Counted from the stretch's first letter, positions 26,995 through 40,515 are shown. The stretch is 64,000 nt of DNA from Octopus sinensis (GCF_006345805.1 NC_043006.1:32736001-32800000); one strand, 5' to 3'. Made by a program: numbers and translations. Notes: generated by a model from the letters alone, not told the origin.

Positions 26995-27140
26995 TTCTGA
27001 GTTCAAATTCCGCCGATGTCAACTTTGCCTTTCGTCCTTTCGAGGTCGATAAATTAAGTACCGGTTGCGTACTGGGGTTGATCTAATTGACTGGCCCTTC
27101 CCCCAAAATTTCGGGCCTTGTGCCTAGAGTAGAAAAGAAT
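26995..27140 (+). mobile_element. SINE family A, 5'-truncated (tailB)
   Basis: ttctgagttcaaattccgccgatgtcaactttgcc...ggccttgtgcctagagtagaaaagaat. Confidence 0.85.
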
Positions 27141-27537
27141 ATTTTATACTTATCTATTTTGCTTGAAGGAACACACATCATCTTCCTAGTATCTGACAAT
27201 ATCAACAAAAATATTTAATGATCAACAAGTTGCAGATACTGGAGTGATTTTCCCTTTAAATTCTCAGCTGAAGGCTGCAGAAACAAAAACAAACGTGCCT
27301 TGTTCTCCAACAATCTGTACGTACAAATACCGCATCCAAAGGCTTTTCCATACACCTAGGATGTGCAGGGACGTTAAAAGGGGCCAAGAGGCGTTGTAAG
27401 TGTTGGAATGTTCTTGATGTTCAAAGAAAGTTGTTGGACACATTGCTTGAGACACATTCTACGGCAACTGCTCTACAACTAAAAGACAGAAATATATATT
27501 GTATTGTTCGAAAGATTTGGCCAGTAAGACTCTTAGT

Positions 27538-27837
27538 CAGTGGCGAACTGGGTCTCAAAATATTGGTTGCCAGGAGGCCAAGGGTTCCCACCCGCAACTA
27601 CAATCCTATTGTTTAATTTTTGTTTTTATTAAAAGTATTATTTTCAACTGTCTACAAACACAGCCAGGCTGAAATAATTAATGCATTCTTCCAGGAGTGA
27701 ATAAATAATTCTCAAACTCGATGGGGTGGGCCCCTTAGATACTAACATGGGACCCCATATATGGATTCTAATGGCAGATGGGGCCTAGTTGCCATCAGGC
27801 AATCTGGCAAAGTGGCAACCTGGCCACTCTGCCACTG
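27538..27837. mobile_element. Possible non-autonomous DNA transposon (cagtggc termini)
   Basis: Ends cagtggc... / ...gccactg with GC-rich gggccc subterminal motifs; no TSD found. Confidence 0.3.
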
Positions 27838-28711
27838 TAACCGTTAATATTTGCACGCTTATCCACACAGGTCGTAAACACCACTGACAAGTTTCGTTAG
27901 AGATTCTCAGCTATTGTTTCTTTGTTTCGAACATTATTTTTTCTTTAAACAAAGAGCAACTTCATTCACACAGGTTCACATATTTTCTAAAAAAGTTATT
28001 TACTCTCAACTGAATTCTTTGCAAACGATTGGTATATTTTATATTAGACTAGAGAAATGTAGTAACATTTTTAGACTGGCACTGTACCGCATGTTTCTGC
28101 AATTTCAGTTATAACGCAGACTACAATAAGGATTTCTCATAGTAAAACAAGGCCAAGACATTAACAAGGGAATAATTTAGTGAACTTTGGTAACATGAAT
28201 AACTGTATCTGCATGGCTTAGTTTCAAAGCACTCACAAGGGAATTTGATCGTAAAACAATGAAGATATAAACTATAGTTTCTCATCAACTGAACCTGTCA
28301 TTGCATTATTCCTAATGTAGTGGATAAAGAAAAACACAACAATCTTTCTATATTTAGGTCCTTACATTTCAAGGTTCTTCCGACTCAGAGTGATCATTGT
28401 CATAACTTCTCTCCGGAGCTGTCGACTGTTTTCTCATTTATTTCATGTTAAATGCATGCTGTCCGAAATTAGCAACAATAAAAGGATGCTGATTTATTTA
28501 GATGACCTTCAATTCACGGTGCTATTTAGAATTATAGGTTTTCTCATTCTCCTTTAACTTCCTCTTTCTTCATGTTCTTCATTTCTTCTTTCGCAAGTCA
28601 TGTCAGCCATATTCTCATTCTATTCTGTCGCCTGTCAAGCTCGTTTGTTATTCTTTCTATGAAAAGAATGTTCTTGTTATTGTCATGAGGCGTGGTTATT
28701 GCTAGTTGAAA

Positions 28712-28747
<36 letters not shown>

Positions 28748-30254
28748 TGTTCATAAATTCCATTAAGATAAACGCTGAACTTTTCCTTCACTGATTACTC
28801 TGCTTCCATGCTTAAATCCACACACACACACACACACACATACCTGCATATATATATATATATATATACTTATATATATATATATATATAATATGTAGTA
28901 TATATGTATTATATATGGGTGTGTGTATATATATATATATAATATATATATGTATGTATTATATATATATATATATATATATCTATATATATATATATAT
29001 AATATATATAGATTATATATATATATTATATATATATGTATGTATATTATGTATGTATGTATGTATGTATGTATGTATGTATGTATGTATGTATGTATGT
29101 AGTTGTATGTGTGTATGTATATAAAAGACTTCGTTCTAATTTATATTTTGCCTTTTTTCCAAAAAGGAAACATGACCTCCTGATTGAAATGAATACAACA
29201 CCAACATAAACAACACCAAACATAGTTGTACAGAGTCATGCAGTTATTCAGTTTCTACTTAAAGATTGAATTTCAACACCACATTTTAAAGATATTTTTT
29301 TCTTAGCCGGTGTATATGTGCGCGGGTATTTGTGTGTGTATGTGCGTGTGTGTGCGTGTAAAGAGAAGTATTTTATCCTCCTGATAATCCGTGGCTCAAT
29401 CAGTCATCCTTTCAATTTTAATGTCCCTCTAGCATGTCAAGTATGGATCTATCCTCTCTCTTCCAGAATTCATGTCCAGTTTTCCATATAATTTGCTGTT
29501 CCAATTATGATAAATGTCAGGCTGAAAACGTAATTTCTGTTCAGTATTTTTAAGCTGCTCATCAATGCTATACAAGCGATTTAATTTTTCTTATCTGTTT
29601 CTTGTGATATCAAACAGAGCAACTGCCTTCTATAACAGCATTTCTTTTTAACATTTTGCTGCTTCAGGCAACAATATTACTTTGGCTCTGTTGTAATCTG
29701 GCTGCAGATTTTATTCTTAGATTTTGTCGATCGATGCATCGATCTCAGTATGTTCTTCTTTATTAGCTTTTATTCCCTTTGTTGCTGTATTCCAGATTAT
29801 TCTGGCCACCATAATATGGTTTACAAAATGGCAATATCTAGAAAATATTCTGTCATTTGTCACTCGTTAATGTCTTCAGTTTTAGTTTTACACAGCCTAT
29901 ATTTATTGTCAATTAATGCTTGCTGCTTTTATAGTAGAAGTCATTTGGTCACGGTTTCTTGCGCCTGAATTTCAAGGAAATAACTACCTTGGTCAAATGT
30001 TGTAAACTGGTGAATATGCATTTTCTTATTCAAGAATACGTGTACAACAAACTCAAAGACCTGGACTATCTGTTTTCTTTAGTTGCCATGCTAAAATGGA
30101 TTTTCCAGTGTTATTTGGAGATATAACACCGTGGAATATATTTTATCTTTCCTCATTCATTATTCTAATGCTGTTTTGAAACTGTTCTGAAATTGCACCG
30201 CACAGTTGTTGCTCTTTACTTTTTTCTATGCATCAGAGTTATAACTGCATTTGA

Positions 30255-30560
30255 GATGATATACCACCACAACACATACCACCACACCGCATCACACCAC
30301 ACCACCCCGTACACACCAGCACTGGGCATTTCCTAGCATCCACACCAGCGCACACACTAGCACTGACCACTTGCCAGCACCTGCACCATCATCCACAAAT
30401 CTACACCACTACTTTATTATCTCCCCTGCTTCCTAGCTCTCCTGTGTGACCCCTTGTTCCTTTCTGTCGAAGAGCGTAGGCTCGAAACGTAAAAGAATTT
30501 CTCACTTCCTGAGCGTTAAACTAATACATCTGGTTTTTGCTTACACACCCATCTTCGTCT
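30255..30560 (+). mobile_element. PLE-derived subtype 1 element with best-preserved HHR variant (30460-30495)
   Basis: CTTT-CTGTCGA-A-GAGC-gtag-GCTC-GAAAC-GTA-AAAG. Confidence 0.7.
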
Positions 30561-30639
30561 TTTTTGTGTGTAAATTCTTTCATATGATATACACAGATAC
30601 ACAAAACATATAAGAGAGAACGTATAAGATGGAGGCTCA

Positions 30640-30790
30640 GAGAAAGGTTTGCACAGAAAAAAGGAGGGACGTTTCGAGTATGGTTTTTCTTCGGAAACAT
30701 GGAAACGTCCAGAGAAAGGAAAAGGATAGTCCGAGAAAAGACGTGTGTCGTTACATGACTGAAACATAACCGACCGGATGTAGATTGTAT
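30640..30790 (-). mobile_element. PLE-derived subtype 3 element with decayed HHR (30665-30698)
   Basis: Minus strand gttt-CCGAAGA-aaaaccatactc-GAAAC-GTC; helices I and II are eroded. Confidence 0.45.
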
Positions 30791-31015
30791 ACATACATAC
30801 ATACACACATACACACACACACATATACATATATTTAAATATAGATAAAAGGAAAGACCACTAAGCGGATTTCTTGTATGCTAAAAATAGACGTCAAACT
30901 GTCCTACTACGTACAATGTGCTCTCAAATTAGCAACACGCTAGATGTTTACGAGGTAGACAAATGAAAAGAAACAAACAAATTGGTATCATTAATAATAT
31001 TAATTTCTACCATTT

Positions 31016-31093
<78 letters not shown>

Positions 31094-31723
31094 ATATATA
31101 TACATGTGCACTTTTTTTAGGATTTGTGGTAGAATCGTCTAGAACCTCCAACCTCATCTAGTATAACCTTAGTACTAACTTTATCGTCCTAGAGAAAATA
31201 GTACACAGACCATATGAGAAACGAACTGATATTAAACACTTCCACCCTTTCTCCGACTCCCGCAACGATATAACCATGCATGATGAAAGTGTATGCACAC
31301 AGGACATTCAAATTGAATTAGTTCTTGCCCCTGAGAAATGAAATCAACCAAAATTCCAACGCCATTTTTTCTCGTTGTCAATCTGAATTATTTCAGCGAT
31401 GTCAAATTCATGTATTTGTATTTATCTAATATGACGTGAACAGTTATTTCTGTAAAATTATTTAGTGCACGCTATTATACTTTGTCGTATTTTTTTATTC
31501 TCCAAACTTTGAAATGTATGTCTTTTCTATCAAATATTTGAATATTGAATGGCCTTTCAAATTCCAAGCAACCTACAGAAAACAGGTAACAAAAGAAAGA
31601 GCAGTGGAATACCTAAATATGTCTCTCAATGATGCAACAGTATATATATGTTAACCGATAGAAAGGTAGATGTTAGCTGACACAATGAAATGTGTTAATA
31701 ATTATTTACAATAAGGTGGCAAG

Positions 31724-31910
31724 GTGGCAGAGTCGCTACCACGCCAGTCAAAATGTTCAACGGCATTTCATTCTAAGTTCAAATTACGCTGAGGCTGACT
31801 TTGCATTTTATCCTTTCTAGGTCGATGAAATAAGTACCAGTTGAGTGGTGGGGTTAATGTAACCGACTTGCCACCTCCCACGAACTTGCTGGCCTTCTAA
31901 CAAATACTTA
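31724..31910 (+). mobile_element. SINE family A variant (tailC)
   Basis: ggtggcaaggtggcagag head; ttctaagttcaaattacgctgaggctgactttgc core. Confidence 0.8.
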
Positions 31911-32281
31911 AAACGATTATTATTTAAAATTTATTGTACTTACAGAGAAAAGCATAGGTGCGGGTACACACGTGCAAACATTGTTATATATATATATGCG
32001 CGCGTGTGTGTGTATGCGTGTGCGTGTGTGTGCGTGTGCGTGCGCATATCTGTATCTCTATATATGTGCTTATATAGATATATATATGTATATATATATA
32101 TAAGTTTAGTAGAGTTAGAGGATGGAATAAACGTCTAAGGGATAAAAATATCCATTTTACTACCGGTATATTTAATAATATTAACCCAGGGCATACATAA
32201 GCACGCACATTATGCTCATAGGATACAGGCAATGACAATGACAGACATGGGTTTATCAGGAATCAAATTCAAAGTAAACTG

Positions 32282-32414
32282 AAAATGGAGAAATACTAAT
32301 CAACAACAAATGAGTAACATCAATTATTACTTTTTAGATGGGATACAATCTATTTGTATTAAAAAGTAATAATTGATGTTAGGCAATCGTTGTTGATCAA
32401 TATTTCTCCATTTT
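32282..32414. repeat. 133-bp imperfect hairpin
   Basis: aaaatggagaaata / tatttctccatttt outer stem; perfect 21-bp stem 32316-32336 / 32360-32380. Confidence 0.85.
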
Positions 32415-32596
32415 AATTTAATTATAACAAGGATTTGGTATATAAAACTTGTGGTGGTTATAGTGTCTCTTGACATCTATTTTTCAGTGCGTGGTGAGGC
32501 AAAAGCCAAGCCCTTGTTATAATTATTTATAAAATGTACCTACGAGGTTTTATATCCGCGCTGACCACTTTGTATAAATCATTAATGATTTTACCC

Positions 32597-32633
<37 letters not shown>

Positions 32634-32650
32634 TTATATTATATTATTAT

Positions 32651-32715
<65 letters not shown>

Positions 32716-32854
32716 GTCTGTGTTTATTTTATAAAATTGAATGATGTGAATTCGTACTTTAATTGGAGTAGTTTCCAAGATTTCTAACGCGGTTTCTTCA
32801 GACTTTACTTTGAATTGACTGGTGTCAATTAGAGTAGATATGAAAAGTTATATA

Positions 32855-33513
32855 TGTATATTACGTATACGATTTAACTTATAAAATAACAAAGTTCAAC
32901 AAATCCATTCATATTTTTTCGTAAATAGAGGAGATTACATGTTAATATGGATTTTAATTATTTTTATTCAATTAGCTATACGATCGTTTGAAAGAGAAAG
33001 ACAATAAATTCCCTTTATGATTGCTGTTAAACATTTAAAAAAATTTACTAAGGTGTATTGATTATTGACGGTTAAAACAAATTTAAGTCCCTAGTATTCA
33101 AAACTTCCGTACTTCCTTATGTGGGGAATCTTTTTCCCTAAAATACAGCCCTACCTGGATTTTACTTCATTTATGGAAGATTTCAATGAGCTCATTTATA
33201 CTAATCTGTCATGTTTGAAATAGACATGTCTCTAAGAACAATTACACATTACAAAAATGAGTAAGAACACCGTACCTAAGTAATCCTAACGTCCTTTTAG
33301 CTTTTTTTCTTATTTCTGCTACTGATGACTACATTTTTGATAACTCAAATTCTTAACATGAATTCATTCTCTTTCTGTATGAAACGATCGTATAGCTAAT
33401 TGAATAAAGGTAATTAAAATCCATATTAACATGTGATCTCCTCCATTTACGAACAATATGATTGGATTTGTTGAACTTTCTTTTTTAGAAGTTAAATCAT
33501 ATATTTAATATAC
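32855..33513. mobile_element. Fold-back/MITE-like element with about 135-bp terminal inverted repeats
   Basis: aaagttcaacaaatcca...attagctatacgatcgttt (to about 32990) is inverted at aaacgatcgtatagctaat...tggatttgttgaacttt (from about 33382). Confidence 0.8.
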
Positions 33514-34519
33514 ACACATACATACATAAATATATGTACATACATACATAAATACATACATACATAGATATATAAATACTACATACATACATACATAATG
33601 CTATATTATATATATATATATATATTAATATATATATATATATATACAAATTGACACTCCCACGCACACACAGACGCATATATATGTGTGTGGTGTGTGG
33701 GAGAGAGAGGGAGAATGAAAGTGAGAGAGAGAAAGATAGTGAGAGATAGATTGGGCTTGTCTGTGTATGCGTGATATTCTGTTATTCAGTTAAACTCTAC
33801 GGATGTAATATTTTAATAGAAAAACTATCTTTTCTTTGGAAAGCAATGGAAGTCTTTGACAGAAGTATTTTCTTTCGAGTTCTTCAATTAATGATTCGAT
33901 GTGATATGCGACCTCATCAATTAAAATTCAAAGCGTGGCATAAGATTTTCCTCTTTCTTTTTGTTGTTTATGAAATATATATTTCCAGTAAGGATTATGT
34001 AACAGATCGTGAGTGAAGATTGATTCTACGCCGGCTGCATGTTCATGATACGTTGCTAAGTTTAGCGGATCAAATCTGCCAAATTGATGCCAATGTATCG
34101 TCAGAATGAGAAATGAGAGAGATCAGATTCCGAAATCTTTAGCGTTTTCCATAATAAACCAATTCCAATGAAAAACATTCGAGAAAGATACGTTATTATT
34201 TCGTGAACCATTATTTAAGATAATCTCATTTATATATAAAAGCAAGATTATTTCAGGCTCTTTAGTGAACGTTCGTTTATTGAGGAAAAGTGAAAAATAG
34301 TAGATATCGATTCCTAGCCTACAAAATATAACAAACTTATAAAAAAGAATGTAATTTTCAAAGGTGTTCTCTCCAAACACTGTCCTCAGTAGTATTTTTG
34401 TTAACTTTACTCCACCGCGAGAATCGATCGCTTCAAAGAGCAGAATTCGAAAAAGAAATCATGTACTTTTTATTTTTTTTAAAATTATATATACAAGATT
34501 CTAAATGTCGGCTTCTTTA

Positions 34520-34727
34520 TTCGTTTGTACTCTAGGCACAAGGTCAGAAATTTTTGGGGAAGGGGCCAGTCGATTAGATAGACCTCAGAACGGAACTGGT
34601 ACCTAATTTATCGACCCCGAAGGGATGAAAGGTAAAGTTGACCCCGACGGAATTTGAACTCAGAACGTAAAGACAGACAAAATTCTACTAAGTATTCGGC
34701 TAAAGTTTCTGCCAGCTCGCTACCTTA
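34520..34727 (-). mobile_element. SINE family A monomer (tailB) with 17-bp TSD
   Basis: TSD atgtcggcttctttatt at 34505 and 34727. Confidence 0.92.
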
Positions 34728-35837
34728 TGTCGGCTTCTTTATTGAATCCTAAAAGTGTCCGGATAAAACAAAATGTGGGAACGATGTGGTCAGATCCAGA
34801 GATTTCAAACTTACTCAGATTGAATCAGTTCATACATTACGAATACATAACAATGGTGTTGCTATAGTGGGCAAATCAACTGGGAAGAAATGTTTTATCA
34901 AAATCGATTCACAGAATCCTAAGTTGTTAGCATGGTTCTGGGTGTAATGATATGAAATATGTTCCTGCAGAAGAGTCATCCGAACATATGTTATTTTATG
35001 AATAGTCATTCATATGATCGTACATCTAAATGCTCATTGTTGAAAACAGTGGATTCCTCACCGCAATAAAGCATTCAATGATCTCATTGCTTTCAAAGAA
35101 TGTGTGGCATTTCTACGTGGTATACATGAATATGCAAGGGGTATATTTAAAGAAGTCTGTGTATGTATTAGCGTTTATTAAACAGTAGTTGAAGGATTAT
35201 GGTGATGATGATGATGACGATGATGATGTTGATGATGATGAGGAGAAGGAAATACAAAAATTATTCAAAGGAAAAATAAAGAGGAAGAAGAAAAAGAAAG
35301 AATGAAAGTAAAACATGTAAGCGTAACATTAAAGTGCAGAAGAAACCCGAGGAACAAAACAAAAACTGTTGCAGGGCTGTTAAGTTAAAAAGCAGACGAT
35401 AAAGATAACATCAGAACATTTTTGTTTTCGCTATTGAGATTACACTCCGTTGTATTACGACTGAATAAATCAGCTCCTCCTTAAGTGATCGTTCTAACTG
35501 CTAGAAATATTAGTAAATTATATATTTCGTAACCCATTGTCTGGAGAACTACGACTGAATTTGTTATAGTTGTAATGTCTCAAAAAGAAAAAGAAAAAAA
35601 AAAAGATATTCGTAATAGTTTTTATCGTCAGTTTAAAGAAGACTAACCTTGGGCTAAACAACAAAAGCAAAAATCTAATTTATTCAGCTGAGGCTTTATG
35701 TCAGTGTCTTAAATCCTTGCCAGAGTTTGCCAGTGTATGTGTATTAGTTTATGTATGTGTACGAATGGATGTATGTTAGGTGGTGTGCACATGTACGTGC
35801 ATACATACATGTGTGTGTATATCTGTGTGGTCACATT

Positions 35838-35844
<7 letters not shown>

Positions 35845-35876
<32 letters not shown>

Positions 35877-35909
35877 ATGACTGGGCGTGTTTTTGTATGA
35901 TTATATATA

Positions 35910-35942
<33 letters not shown>

Positions 35943-36224
35943 ATATATATATACACATACATATGTGCATACATATCCCACCATATATATATAAAAACAT
36001 CTTTAAATGATTATTCCAGAGCATATTCACCATCTACTTCAATTACTGGCTTCCCATTTGCTTGGCAGACGGTCAGACCGACATTTAAAGATGTTTTTGT
36101 TAAATATTGTTTTTGCTTTTGTTGAATAAAATTTGTTGAAAAAATCCGCAATAATTATGCACCAACCCAACATATACATATATATATGTGTGTGTGTGTG
36201 TATGACTGGGCGTGTTTTTGTATG

Positions 36225-36284
<60 letters not shown>

Positions 36285-36520
36285 CATATGTGCATACATA
36301 TCCCACCATATATATATAAAAACATCTTTAAATGATTATTCCAGAGCATATTCACCATCTACTTCAATTACTGGCTTCCCATTTGCTTGGCAGACGGTCA
36401 GACCGACATTTAAAGATGTTTTTGTTAAATATTGTTTTTGCTTTTGTTGAATAAAATTTGTTGAAAAAATCCGCAATAATTATGCACCAACCCAACATAT
36501 ACATATATATATGTGTGTGT
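35845..36520. repeat. 325-bp tandem duplication containing a mariner right-end remnant
   Basis: ctacttcaattac at 36034 and 36359. TIR ccgcaataattatgcaccaaccca resembles the Hsmar1-type TIR. Minus-strand peptide DRLPSKWEA/VIEVDGEYALE* is a mariner transposase C-terminus. Confidence 0.85.
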
Positions 36521-36575
36521 GTGTATGTATATGCATACACATACACCCCCCCCCACACATATATATATATACACA

Positions 36576-36606
<31 letters not shown>

Positions 36607-37719
36607 GCGTGTGTGTGTGTGTGTGTGTGTGTGCATGCACGCATTTATTGTTTCACAGAGAATACCGATAGATACTGTAAAGAAAGTAATGGCCTCCCTT
36701 GTACCTCAAAGATTTTCGTTTTATGCGATCTTTCAGGAGTCAAAAACCAATGCTTGGTTTTAGAGAACCAACATTATTGACTTCATACAATCCGCGTTTA
36801 TTCCATTAAGTTCCGTATCTTTTGATTCTCTTTTATTTACCGTTAAATTTTATATTTACTGATTATTTCGTTATTGCTTTCTTTCTGGGGGTTTTCCTAT
36901 TCTTTCTTCGATTTTTTATTGCTTTTCTGCCCTCTTTAGATTAATTTCTCCAGTTTTTCTGTTTCTTTCATCTATTTCCCTCACCCTAAACGCACACACT
37001 AATTTTATTCAGTCTGTCTCTGACTGTACATATCCCTATGTGTTTGCGCGCATTTGTGCATTCTTTCTGCTTCTAGTTCCTTGCAGCAAGACGGTAGAAA
37101 ACAATAGACAGTTGTTAAATGAACAGGCAGTAGGAACAGAAGTTGCAGATGCGGTGGATAAGCAAAAATAACATCGCAATTATATCCGAGTGGAACATAA
37201 CATTCGGAGACATATAAGTTCATGTCTGATAATTATGTTACATCATGCAAAAAGAAGATAAATGAGAAGAAAAGAGAGAAAATAGCGAGAGAGGAACAAT
37301 AAAAAGGAAAATGGAGACCAAAAGTAGAAGAAACCGGTTTAACTGAAGCAATTGCGATAAATAGAATATGGTGGTCGGGGTTACTTGCTTGGTTTGCAGT
37401 ACGTCCACCACTTAAACATTCTATTATGCTGCTGTCTGTTTTTATACTCTTTCACTGTCTGGGATTTAGAGAATTTATGTTTATTTCGAAGTTATGTAGA
37501 AGAGATAGGAAGGCGAAGGTCGTAACCTGGCGACTGAATTTAAGTTTACAATACCAAACAATAGAAGGCATTGAAGGAGACACTGACATTTGCCATAAAA
37601 TAACTAAAAGAAAGACAGCAAACTCGAGCAGTGTATCTATTGGAATCAATTCTTTCTTGCTACAGGTAAATAATTGTTTATACGAAAATGAAACAGTTAG
37701 TGACACCTGAAGTAGAAGG

Positions 37720-38010
37720 AGTAGATTTATTTAATGTCTGTGATGCATCAGAGAAGATTGTTTTGGTCGGCATAATTTTGCAGAATGTTTTCGTTCACTC
37801 CAATTAATTGTTATTGCAGTGACCACAACTGGAATTGCTGCAACTTGGCTCACAGCTGGAATAAAATCTTGTTCTGCGTTTATGCCTTCAATCAATCTTG
37901 TACCATGAATGCATTTGGGCTTTCGATCACATTTTACAGGATTTCTGATGGAACGGTTTCAGGTAAACTATGGAGTCATTTCAAAGATTACAATTTCTGT
38001 TGATTTGTAT
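37720..38010 (+). mobile_element. Helitron RepHel (PIF1 helicase) remnant
   Basis: Frame at about 37815 reads VIAVTTTGIAATWLTAGIKSCSAF, matching the PIF1 motif xAVASSGIAATLLxGGRTAHSxF; LWSHF downstream. Confidence 0.55.
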
Positions 38011-38603
38011 CCATAAAATCAGCAGACATTTGGAGACGAGATTTATAAATATATATTTCTATCAAAGTTAGAGTTTCACTGAATAAAAATCTGTGCGCAA
38101 CTCTGTTGCAAATGTTTTTACTTAAATCGGAGTTAATGGGCAGCTTTCACTTCACACCAAGTCTGGTGTCGTCAAGAGAAATGTTCCTGGAATAAAGCAC
38201 TCTGAATCTCAAGAAAAGCTATTGAAGGTTTACCGTAAGCTTTCAGAGAATCACAAAAACCAAAAGTGGTTAACGTTTTGATATTCGAAGATGATATTAT
38301 GCCGGATATTTATGCTGCCATTATCACGCAATAAGTACTAGCTCAATCCAGAAGGCGTAAGTCAGCTCACGTTTACAATGCTAGCAGCTATGCACCGGGG
38401 TTTCTATTCTTTTCATCCCACAGATGCCCGTCTTCACACTCAGCAATCGAATGTAGGAGCATCCACTGAACGTCTACGAAGTCTGAAACTTTTAAAATTC
38501 TAAGATTTTATAAGAATAGCTAAACAAATTTGCGTGACTCATTTAATAAAAGCCACATCTACAATGAGGGAGATATTTGACTGTCACATATTCCATTTCA
38601 CTC

Positions 38604-39522
38604 ATTATCATCTTGAAAGATTGCTTTTCCCTCGGGAAACACTTCCGCAACCATAGGATGAATTTGATCAGATAAAATGCTTAAATAGTCTTGACTATTA
38701 ATTCTGCCATGAAAGGAAACCAGTGGGTCGGCAGATTTCCAAGATGACCCCCACCCCAGATCATCACAGATCTTCCTCCATGTTTAACAGTTGGAAGAAC
38801 GCAGTCTGAGTCAAATACTTCTTTTGGCTGTCTCCACAAGTATACTCGGCTAGTGATCGGAAACAAGGTAAAGGGTGACTCATCTCAGAAAATAACATTC
38901 TTCCACTACTCTAAAGACCAATTATGTAGGTTTTTACTCCACTCTAAAGGCTTAGCAACGTTTGTTTTTGGAGAATACATTTTTTCTGATTGCAGCCCTC
39001 CCGTAAAATCCGGTTTTGTGCAGATCCCGGCGAACAGTTTTTGTGGAAACTGGGTTCTCGAGGTTGTCATTAAGCTATGCAGTAATTTTGGGAGCTGTAC
39101 TTTTGTGATCCTTCCTAACAATTCGCATAAGAGTTCGACGGTCCCTATCTGAAAGTTTTGGATTACTTCTGGAATTTTCTTTCGACGAGAAGGTGTTTTT
39201 CTCTATCTCTCTATCTCAAAGGGTGTCATTACTTTTGAGACGGTACTTCTTGATACACCAAACATTTCGGCTGTTTTCGTTACGCTAGCGCCTGCCATAC
39301 GAGCACCAACAATTTGACCTCTTTGAAAGTCCGATAGATCTGTCATTTTAATGAATTTTAATTACCTTTTTTCTGATGACATTTGAAAAGAAACACCATT
39401 TGTAGCAAAACATGTTAAACAACACTAATATAAAGCACAAAAAAGCTTTTGACGGTTTTATAGATATTTCAAAATTATGATGCTATGAGGCCAGGTGTTT
39501 CCATTATTTTGTCCAACCCCTG
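38604..39522 (-). mobile_element. Tc1-like transposon, 3'-truncated pseudogenised transposase
   Basis: TIR caggggttggacaaaataatggaaacacc at 39522. N-terminal MTDLSDFQRGQIVGARMAGASVTKTAEMFGVS; also PTVKHGGRSVMIWG and IFQDDN. Confidence 0.92.
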
Positions 39523-39538
39523 CACACACACACACACA

Positions 39539-39574
<36 letters not shown>

Positions 39575-40285
39575 GTATATATATATATGTATATATATTT
39601 ATATATACAAGTTCATGTTCGTTTGTATGTGTGTGTATATGTGTGTTTGTGCATGTATATCAATAGGCACGTTAGGAGTAGGATAGAAGGCCTCCATATT
39701 TACTTATGATGTAATTTCCTCAATCTTAACTTTTCTAAAATACCCACTATGATATTTCTCCAACACCAATTTAAACACAATCTGATCTATAGTGTTTGAG
39801 TAATTGGATAATGTATAAACATTCTTTTGTGAATCCTAAAATTTAGAAAAATCCAAGTTCCTATAGCAAAAATGTCGTGATCTGAATTTCACACATCAGT
39901 TTACACTCACTGAAACCTAAACATGAATGAAACTCTAGTTCAAACCGAAATAAATCACTCTACCATAATGCACCTCGTACGAAAGATATTTTGGTACTAG
40001 TCTCCAACTCTATAGAATTACTTCCTTGATCTATCTACATTGAATCTAATTATCATTCACAACTCCAGCTACACAAAATAATGTCTTGCTACTAGTAATT
40101 AAAGGTAAAAAAGAAACCAAGTAAACCTGAAAGACGTTAGTCAACATTTTCCTCGGCTATCAACTATATAGCAGTACACCTTTGGCTTTCTAGAATATTG
40201 TTTGCATTAAGTATACAAACGCGCGCACACACACAGAGACAGATATATGCATATACACATGCATATATATACATACATATATATA

Positions 40286-40327
<42 letters not shown>

Positions 40328-40414
40328 TGTGTGTATATGCATGTGTGCGCGGGTCTATATATACCCATGATTATACATGTACCAGCGTGAATGTATATAT
40401 GTGCATATGTATGC

Positions 40415-40474
<60 letters not shown>

Positions 40475-40515
40475 GATATATATGTATGTATGTATGTATG
40501 TATATATATATACGT

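Noticed and set aside
26633-27000. Stop-free frame of over 100 codons
   Set aside because: No recognisable homology or clear splice sites; plausible by chance.
32491-32512. gtggtga-ggc-aaaa-gcc-aagc as a hammerhead
   Set aside because: Multiple core mismatches and no helix I.
37075-38500. Strong splice acceptors near 37090 and 38422 with short open frames
   Set aside because: Unrecognised peptides with no consistent gene model.
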